Assembly (NCBI GenBank): GCA_002269645.1
Contig: NIVC01000201.1
Location: 434,001 to 498,000 of the forward strand
Direction: 5' to 3'
Source: Macrostomum lignano
Taxonomy: Eukaryota
DNA length: 64,000 nt
The notes beneath the pieces were generated by a model. The model saw only the letters and a program-made list of their open reading frames with translations. It was not told the origin of the DNA and made no database searches. Positions 60,101 to 64,000 of the stretch are shown piece after piece. The translations under genes were made by a program, and so were the position numbers. Every line of letters begins with the position of its first letter. The stretch's first letter is position 1.

Positions 60101-62499
60101 ATGGCGGACTCGGCGTCCATGGCGTCCAGGCTGCTGCTGGCCGAGGCGGCCGCGGAGGACAAACTGGCGCGGAGGTGGCGCTCCGAGTCGCCGAGGTCGG
60201 CCAGGCGGGCCTCCAAGGCGCCGATGTCAGTCCTGGCGGCCTCGGCCAGCCTGTGCAGGCGCTCAAGCCGCTGCCTGTGCAGCTGAGCGGAGCGGCAGCG
60301 ATCGCGGGCGAGGGCCAAGCAGCGCTCGGCTTGGCGGCCCAGCTGGTCCGGGTGCGCACCGGCCTCCAGCTGCTGCTGGCGCCGCCGCTGATGCTGAGGG
60401 ACAGCGGCTGAGGCCGCCTGAGACAGGCGGTCGTAGCGCTGGCGGAGATCCTGCAGCTGCACGCTGGTGCGCTCCGAGATCTTTGGGAAGGAGGAGGGTA
60501 GGGATGGTGCTCTCAGGGTAGGCTCAGTCACTCATTTAGTCACTCAGTCATTGCTTAATCAGCCACTCCATCGCTGACTCAATTACCTCACTCTCTCATT
60601 GAGTCAGTCACTCAGCCACTAACTCAGCCAGTCACTCAGTCAGTCCCTCAGCCACTAACTCAGCCACTAACTCAGTCAGTCACTCAGCCACTAACTCAGC
60701 CAGTCACTCAGTCAGTCACTCAGCCACTAACTCAGTCAGTCACTCAGCTACTAACTCAGCCACTAACTCAGCCACTAACTCAGTCACTCAGCCACTAACT
60801 CAGACATAACTCAGCCACTAACTCAGTCAGTCACTCAGCCACTAATTCAGTCAGTCACTCAGCCACTAATTCAGTCAGTCACTCAGCCACTAACTCAGTC
60901 AGTCACTCAGCCACTAACTCAGTCAGTCACTCAGCCACTAACTCAGTCAGTCACTCAGCCACTAACTCAGTCAGTCACTCAGTCAGTCACTCAGCCAGTC
61001 ACTCAGCCAGTCACTCAGCCAGTCACTCAGCCACTAACTCAGTCAGTCACTCAGTCAGTCACTCAGCCACTCCCTCACCTCAGTGAGCAGGGCTTGAGCC
61101 GCTTCCGCATTGACCCGCGCCTGAGTCAGGCCAGTTGGCGGGTCGCCGGCCGCGGCGGCTTCCTTGGCCGCCCGCTGCAGCCAGGCGGACAGCTCGGAGG
61201 CGGCTTCCCGATACGCCAGCTCCTCCCGCTTGTTCGCCTCTTCCTCGGCGTCGCCGTCGCGCTCGTCACCGGCCTGGCTGCGGCCGATCGGCCTGTCGGC
61301 CAAGGCGTCGTAGAGCGCGCTGAGGTAGGTGATGAGCGACAGGTCGTCGGCGTGCGGCGTGTCCACGTCTTCGGGCTCGAGGAGGCGGGCGACGCCCAGG
61401 TGGCGCTCGTTGATGTCGAAGGCCAGGCGCAGCCGCTCCGCGTTGGACAGCCGGCTGGTCCGCTCCGGATCGATGAGGTCCGGCCTGGGGGCGGGTGCGA
61501 CAGCTGACTGGCTTTGACCGCGACTTTTGGGATGCAGTTAAGGCTGCGCCTGCCCATACCTTGTATGAGCTGTTTCCTTGGGTTCTCCACTTTCCACCTC
61601 CTTTCTCTAGGCCTCCTCTCACCCTACCTCTCCTCTCACCTTACCTCTCCACTCACCCTACCTCTCCTCTCACCCTACCTCTCCACTCACCCTACCTTTC
61701 CTTTCACCCTACCTCTCCTCTCACCCTACCTCTCCTCTCACCCTACCTCTCCTCTCACCCTACCTCTCCTCTCACCACACCTCTCCTCTCACCCTACCTC
61801 TCCTCTCACACTACCTCTCCTCTCACCCTACCTCTCCTCTCACCCTACCTCTCCTCTCTACCTCTCCTCTCACCCTACCTCTCCTCTCTACCTCTCCTCT
61901 CACCCTACCTCTCCTCTCACCCTACCTCTCCTCTCACCCTACCTCTCCTCTCACCCTACCTCTCCTCTCACCCTACCTCTCCTCTCACCCTACCTCTCCT
62001 CTCACCCTACCTCTCCTCTCACCACACATCTCTCACCCTACCTTTCCTCTCACCCAACCTCTCCTCTCATCCTACCTCTCTTCTCACCATACCTCTCCTC
62101 TCACCCTACCTCTCCTCTTACCCTACCTCTCCTCTCACCCTACCTCTCCTCTCACCCTACCTCTCCACTCACCCTACCTCTCCTCTCACCTCCCTCTCAC
62201 CCTACCTCTCCTCTCACCCTACCTCTCCTCTCACTCTACTTCACTCTACTTTTCCCTCTCCTTCTCCGTCCCTCTCACCTGGCTCTGTGCAGCAGACACA
62301 CAAATGCTCTGCCATCCTGCCAGCAGGAGGTGAAGTTGGTCACCGACAGTCCATAGGGCGCCAGCTCGGCTCTGCACCAGGCCAGCAGGAAGTCTCTCAC
62401 AGCTCGATTGTCGTCCAACTGCTGCTGCTGCTGCTGCGGCTGCTGCTGCCGCTGCAGAGAGCCGGATGCTGTGGAGAAGCTGGGCAGAATCTCCGATAT
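1..62499 (-). CDS. DST/MACF1: Spectraplakin (shot/VAB-10/MACF1/dystonin family), partial multi-exon gene, both ends outside the window
   Basis: Spliced translation gives CH2 (LLAWC...VTNFTSCWQDGRAF..LLHRARPDLID...AFDINERHLGVARLLEPEDVDTPHADDLSLITYLSALYDAL), plectin-like plakin spectrin repeats, plectin-type repeats and then tandem spectrin repeats. All junctions are GT-AG, and phases match except inside exon 57307-58033 and at about 9.36 kb. Confidence 0.93.
197..1097. repeat. Intronic minisatellite, 21-24 bp unit (cccgatctgacatcccgtcacca[g])
   Basis: Direct tandem copies fill almost all of intron 175-1113. Confidence 0.95.
1114..1456 (-). CDS. DST/MACF1: Exon: spectrin repeat
   Basis: VSLLLDELDSKQPAADQLRATCEAL... 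Acceptor cgcgcag|GTG, donor GCT G|GTGTGT. Phase 0 to 1. Confidence 0.85.
1529..1653. repeat. Intronic minisatellite, 16-17 bp unit (cccagcccgtcaccgc[c])
   Basis: Tandem copies abut the 5' splice site at 1657. Confidence 0.9.
1658..2253 (-). CDS. DST/MACF1: Exon: spectrin repeats
   Basis: LAELSEIAQELDDLQGRYASIGDAL...NLRHWVTQKERMLAVLGPV. Acceptor aacccag|CC, donor CAG|GTTAGT. Phase 1 to 0. Confidence 0.87.
2541..2890. repeat. CT-rich low-complexity tract with a roughly 52-bp unit (about 4 copies)
   Basis: cctctctcagctctcctctctttcccgctt recurs at about 2560, 2641, 2693 and 2745. Confidence 0.85.
3018..3122 (-). CDS. 105-nt S/P-rich exon inserted within a spectrin repeat
   Basis: Acceptor accgcag|GC, donor G|GTAACC. 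Phase 1/1, RWARNSPLLRSPLSPVSSSESSGICSSVGNTASLH. Isolated GC-rich island in an AT-rich intron; not in the ORF track. Confidence 0.75.
3949..4300 (-). CDS. DST/MACF1: Exon: spectrin repeat ending in SPMSPKRP
   Basis: VEQLWTDF...EALDWLGRAEARLRGLPPVALDADELTAQ. Acceptor atttag|GTG, donor CCG C|GTGAGT. Phase 0 to 1. Confidence 0.88.
4411..4947 (-). CDS. DST/MACF1: Exon: spectrin repeats
   Basis: AQQVKVLEAEL...CRRQFDEVARRLAERRDAV...FVRDAWQE. Acceptor ccgcag|GCC, donor GAG|GTTCGT. 179 codons. Confidence 0.86.
5031..5150. repeat. Intronic 10-bp tandem repeat (aggtcaNNNa-like)
   Basis: aggtca recurs with period 10 from 5051 to 5146. Confidence 0.9.
5166..5402 (-). CDS. DST/MACF1: Exon: spectrin repeat
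   Basis: LNRHDRLKQEC...LQEAIAGLQQWL...RPVGLRPELLDEQ. Acceptor ccgcag|GTC, donor CAG|GTGAGA. 79 codons. Confidence 0.88.
5497..6197. repeat. Intronic minisatellite, 32-bp unit (actcgagtttgtcactcttgccaagtcagttc)
   Basis: About 22 copies in two alternating variants. Confidence 0.95.
6303..7007 (-). CDS. DST/MACF1: Exon: spectrin repeats
   Basis: TDRLQTAQSWQEAV...EAELLARQPDMKALAAAGQRLV...RPVSEPELAALAQRVRGF. Acceptor tccgcag|ACC, donor GAG|GTTTGC. 235 codons. Confidence 0.86.
7251..7472 (-). CDS. DST/MACF1: Exon: spectrin repeat
   Basis: DINNELLSRQQPLLTLCYQTESLLHKYSDAVSEDQRDRL...LENQ. Acceptor tctgcag|GAC, donor CAG|GTTCGT. 74 codons. Confidence 0.85.
7543..8480. repeat. Intronic minisatellite, 31-bp unit (tacctcagtgcatgtaggctgcccagtgcgg)
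   Basis: About 27 copies, decaying to a roughly 25-bp unit at 8390-8480. Confidence 0.95.
8604..8750 (-). CDS. DST/MACF1: Exon: first spectrin-repeat rod exon
   Basis: VDAKKYADDLLTDLERELAKLRSLQARLLAFPSATLEEPPVAQMLEEHQ. Acceptor caattag|GTT, donor CAG|GTGCGT. 49 codons. Confidence 0.82.
8971..9014 (-). CDS. Candidate 44-nt microexon
   Basis: Long pyrimidine tract ctcttctcctattttcttttttattatcttgattag|, donor AGC|GTGTGC. Open in phase 1 to 0 (CYERTSLKPDSRTS). Confidence 0.35.
9098..9144 (-). CDS. Candidate 47-nt microexon
   Basis: Acceptor cttttcag|, donor CGG|GTAAGTA. Open in phase 2 to 1 (YFCVVFKCINNSSLT). No homology support. Confidence 0.35.
9358..41527 (-). CDS. Apparent single giant exon (about 32.2 kb, about 10,700 aa) of 54-aa/141-aa tandem repeats, broken by many 1-nt indels
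   Basis: Acceptor ccattcaaacag|CCA at 41527 (phase 0), donor CG|GTAAGA at 9357. The same repeat reading frame is recovered throughout (ORFs of 790, 2656, 813 and 1100 aa), and I saw no intron-like sequence in between. Confidence 0.8.
9700..41285 (-). repeat. Coding tandem array: 162-bp (54-aa) unit with 11 interspersed 423-bp (141-aa) units
   Basis: Unit e.g. APTDAQAAESRPSEERQEQLKPEAKELELRADQESGAVSKPEGAAKQAEVKDEV. Long units anchored near 9790, 12320, 13550, 17185, 20840, 27545, 28620, 29850, 35130, 37175 and 39865. Confidence 0.95.
41723..42039 (-). CDS. Exon: S/D-rich low-complexity linker
   Basis: Acceptor ctttgcag|AT, donor CAG|GTTTGT. Phase 1 to 0, consistent with both neighbours. Confidence 0.75.
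42119..43634 (-). CDS. Exon: S/E/D/K-rich low-complexity region with one plectin-like repeat cluster
   Basis: Open for 505 codons; contains FDTISGQQLKFSDCLDMGLIDLNNSCLVDPVTRIELPLLDALERNVVD. Acceptor tattcctacacag|CCT, donor GAA G|GTAAGC. Phase 0 to 1. Confidence 0.8.
44022..44095 (-). CDS. 74-nt exon of the central block
   Basis: Acceptor ccccag|CAG (NAGNAG, alternative end 44092), donor AAG|GTAAGA. Phase 1 to 0 bridges its neighbours exactly. Confidence 0.72.
44180..49022 (-). CDS. 4.8 kb exon: two arrays of 50-aa plectin-like repeats separated by an S/T/E-rich spacer
   Basis: Uninterrupted ORF of about 1614 aa extending to acceptor tttttag|GCT at 49022; donor GAA G|GTAATG. Repeat core LDPxSGTVTDPRTGEELSIDEAxxxxLL. 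Phase 0 to 1. Confidence 0.85.
44290..46950 (-). repeat. Coding tandem array: 300-bp unit (two 50-aa plectin-like halves), about 9 near-identical copies
   Basis: Sequence lines repeat every 300 nt (44341, 44641, 44941 ... 46441). Confidence 0.95.
47790..48845 (-). repeat. Coding tandem array: 7 diverged 50-aa plectin-like repeats
   Basis: KPKFEDVANSLDPxxGTVxDPRTGEELTIDDALxKKLLTPSEAKKLxxKV x7, with many synonymous differences. Confidence 0.9.
49233..49660. repeat. Intronic minisatellite, 30-bp unit (ctagccctagattcaccagccaatcacaga)
   Basis: About 14 copies starting about 35 nt behind the donor at 49697. Confidence 0.93.
49698..50024 (-). CDS. DST/MACF1: Exon: plectin-type repeat
   Basis: VQSIYDAKSRCMLPPSEALDLGLIDATRATYMDSVTGDVSTLADAISEGLV. 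Acceptor gtgcag|GTG, donor GAG|GTGAGG. 109 codons, phase 0/0. Confidence 0.87.
51237..53561. repeat. Intronic satellite, 20-bp unit (gactctggagagactctagc), about 116 nearly perfect copies
   Basis: Only a few variant copies (about 52895, 53075, and the right end). Confidence 0.97.
53818..55542 (-). CDS. DST/MACF1: Exon: plectin-type repeat region with low-complexity P/Q/A linker
   Basis: VSLSEALQRGLL, LTVLEAAQAGVFD, VLNPVTQEAVTFEEAVKLGIVDPDQGVYVNHRTGRRISLRQAVADGLI, MKDPTTQSRVSFADAIRR. Acceptor ttgcag|GGA, donor GAG|GTTTGC. 575 codons. Confidence 0.87.
55612..55855. repeat. Intronic minisatellite, 22-bp unit (ctgtgtgcacccgggaggaggg)
   Basis: About 11 copies in intron 55543-55912. Confidence 0.92.
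55913..56959 (-). CDS. DST/MACF1: Exon: end of plakin domain (SR9-like) and first plectin-type repeats
   Basis: YQQLVQDCAVWL...AEELARVNADY, then GVLDPCSGRLLTFAQA, MTLAEACSAGVVDLATGRMRDFNTGDWLDFPEARRRGLL. Acceptor ttgcag|AAA, donor TCG|GTAGGC. 349 codons. Confidence 0.85.
56990..57280. repeat. Intronic minisatellite, 30-bp unit with 24-bp deletion variant (cttgctatttgtacacacagtcag[tcccgg])
   Basis: About 10 copies in intron 56960-57306. Confidence 0.92.
57307..58033 (-). CDS. DST/MACF1: Exon: plakin SH3-like region and SR5-SR7, with an internal +1 frame break near 57860-57920
   Basis: Acceptor ttgcag|CTC GCA (LAASAPHQALLAP...GQLLCQW). The downstream frame (VGVAFVV...SAARSLQTEAASAAALW...SLEALT) is offset by 1 nt. 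Donor ACG|GTGAGC. Confidence 0.75.
58188..58595 (-). CDS. DST/MACF1: Exon: plakin domain, about SR4-SR5
   Basis: STVSELEDREAKF...HPAEACLRRLEERWAAHLSLAGCL...REQLDRAAGEANW. Acceptor ccgcag|TCC, donor TGG|GTGAGT. 136 codons, phase 0/0. Confidence 0.85.
58851..59330. repeat. Intronic minisatellite, about 43-bp G-rich unit (gggagagggaagtgagagatcccaaccagccggacgggggggt)
   Basis: About 11 copies with a variable G-run, starting about 20 nt behind the donor at 59352. Confidence 0.92.
59353..60480 (-). CDS. DST/MACF1: Exon: plakin domain, about SR1-SR4
   Basis: AHPDQLGRQAERCLALARDR...RLERLHRL and GVSKAGEAVNRLFERIQRLRDERYGRAEQLYHSL parallel plectin SR1/SR2 as I recall them. Acceptor ccaaag|ATC, donor AAG|GTGCGC. 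376 codons, phase 0/0. Confidence 0.88.
60522..61070. repeat. Intronic minisatellite built from tetramers (agtc/actc/agcc/acta), main unit 24 bp
   Basis: agtcagtcactcagccactaactc and shuffled variants. Confidence 0.92.
61079..61484 (-). CDS. DST/MACF1: Exon: C-terminal half of CH2 and start of first plakin spectrin repeat
   Basis: RPDLIDPERTSRLSNAERLRLAFDINERHLGVARLLEPEDVDTPHADDLSLITYLSALYDAL. Acceptor ccccag|G, donor GAG|GTGAGG. Phase 2 to 0. Confidence 0.92.
61611..62250. repeat. Intronic minisatellite, 17-bp unit (ctacctctcctctcacc)
   Basis: About 37 copies just behind the donor at 62278. Confidence 0.93.
62279..62499 (-). CDS. DST/MACF1: Exon: CH1-CH2 linker (polyQ) and N-terminal half of CH2
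   Basis: Acceptor ccgccag|ATA TCG GAG (ISEI, cf. plectin HFQ|ISDI), donor AG|GTGAGA. Encodes ISEILPSFSTASGSLQRQQQPQQQQQQLDDNRAVRDFLLAWCRAELAPYGLSVTNFTSCWQDGRAFVCLLHRA. Phase 0 to 2. This frame is not in the ORF track. Confidence 0.9.
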
Positions 62500-62656
62500 C
62501 TGGCGGGCAAGAGAGGCGTCTCAATTTTCTATTCTGCTTGAGTAAAAACCATCCGGAGAAAAAATCTAACGATTTAGCCGGAATAAACAAAACTTTGTGA
62601 TAATTAAGAACAAAATTTCTTTTAACGTCCATTTCTAAAGATGCAAAATATCAAAG

Positions 62657-64000
62657 CTGCAGATAACATGGTGTCCCTACACTGCCAATCCTGAGCATCT
62701 GCAGATAACATGGTGTCCCTACACTGCCAATCCTGAGCAGCTGCAGATATCATGGTGTCCCTACACTACCAATCCTGAGCAGCTGCAGATATCATGGTGT
62801 CCCTACACTGCCAATCCTGAGCAGCTGCAGATATCATGGTGTCCCTACACTGCCAATCCTGAGCATCTGCAGATATCATGGTGTCCCTACACTGCCAATC
62901 CTGAGCAGCTGCAGATATCATGGTGTCCCTACACTGCCAATCCTGAGCAGCTGCAGATATCATGGTGTCCCTACACTGCCAATCCTGAGCAGCTGCAGAT
63001 ATCTCAGGTGTCCCTACACTGCCAATCCTGAGCATCTGCAGATATCATGGTGTCCCTACACTGCCAATCCTGAGCAGCTGCAGATATCTCAGGTGTCCCT
63101 ACACTGCCAATCCTGAGCAGCTGCAGATATCTCAGGTGTCCCTACACTGCCAATCCTGAGCATCTGCAGATAACATGGTGTCCCTACACTGCCAATCCTG
63201 AGCAGCTGCAGATATCTGAGGTGTCCCTACACTGCCAATCCTGAGCAGCTGCAGATATCTCAGGTGTCCCTACACTGCCAATCCTGAGCAGCTGCAGATA
63301 ACATGGTGTCCCTACACTGCCAATCCTGAGCAGCTGCAGATATCTATCATGGTGTCCCTACACTGCCAATCCTGAGCAGCTGCAGATATCTCAGGTGTCC
63401 CTACACTGCCAATCCTGAGCATCTGCAGATATCATGGTGTCCCTACACTGCCAATCCTGAGCAGCTGCAGATATCTATCATGGTGTCCCTACACTGCCAA
63501 TCCTGAGCAGCTGCAGATATCTCAGGTGTCCCTACACTGCCAATCCTGAGCATCTGCAGATATCATGGTGTCCCTACACTGCCAATCCTGAGCAGCTGCA
63601 GATATCTCAGGTGTCCCTACACTGCCAATCCTGAGCAGCTGCAGATATCATGGTGTCCCTACACTGCCAATCCTGAGCAGCTGCAGATATCTCAGGTGTC
63701 CCTACACTGCCAATCCTGAGCAGCTGCAGATATCTCAGGTGTCCCTACACTGCCAATCCTGAGCAGCTGCAGATATCTCAGGTGTCCCTACACTGCCAAT
63801 CCTGAGCAGCTGCAGATATCTCAGGTGTCCCTACACTGCCAATCCTGAGCAGCTGCAGATATCTCAGGTGTCCCTACACTGCCAATCCTGAGCAGCTGCA
63901 GATAACATGGTGTCCCTACACTGCCAATCCTGAGCAGCTGCAGATATCTATCATGGTGTCCCTACACTGCCAATCCTGAGCAGCTGCAGATATCTCAGGT
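62657..64000. repeat. Intronic minisatellite, 42-46 bp unit (ctgcagatatcatggtgtccctacactgccaatcctgagcag), runs off the right edge
   Basis: About 31 copies with atcatgg/atctcagg/aacatgg/atctatcatgg variants. Confidence 0.95.

Noticed and set aside
477-64000. ORFs inside intronic arrays (MSDRAGDG, SLEFVT, VCTNSKPG, WLVNLGLVCD, PYLSSHPTS, ISAAAQDWQC)
   Set aside because: Translations of minisatellites lying between well-supported GT-AG boundaries; stop-free only because the unit lacks stops.

Overview
Eukaryotic (metazoan) genomic DNA. The window holds one partial minus-strand gene: a spectraplakin of the shot / vab-10 / MACF1 / dystonin family. I assembled 23 coding exons from GT-AG sites and phase continuity, plus 2 candidate microexons. 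Order from the right end: second calponin-homology (CH2) domain (62.5-61.1 kb), plakin domain with a degenerate SH3 (61.1-56.3 kb), plectin-type repeats (56.3-49.7 kb), a roughly 40 kb central block (49.0-9.4 kb), then spectrin repeats running off the left edge. CH1 (upstream) and the EF-hand/GAR tail (downstream) should lie outside the window. The central block has a 4.8 kb exon of 50-aa plectin-like repeats and an apparent single 32 kb exon (9358-41527) made of about 165 copies of a 54-aa E/A/K/Q/P-rich unit plus 11 copies of a 141-aa variant. About 48 kb of coding sequence (about 16,000 aa) lies in this window alone. Many single-base indels in the array look like long-read consensus errors. 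Most introns between the GC-rich exons carry their own distinct minisatellite. GC-rich, Ala-rich exons with minisatellite-filled introns suggest a flatworm such as Macrostomum, but this is inference only. No prokaryotic features, RNA genes or CRISPR arrays were found.
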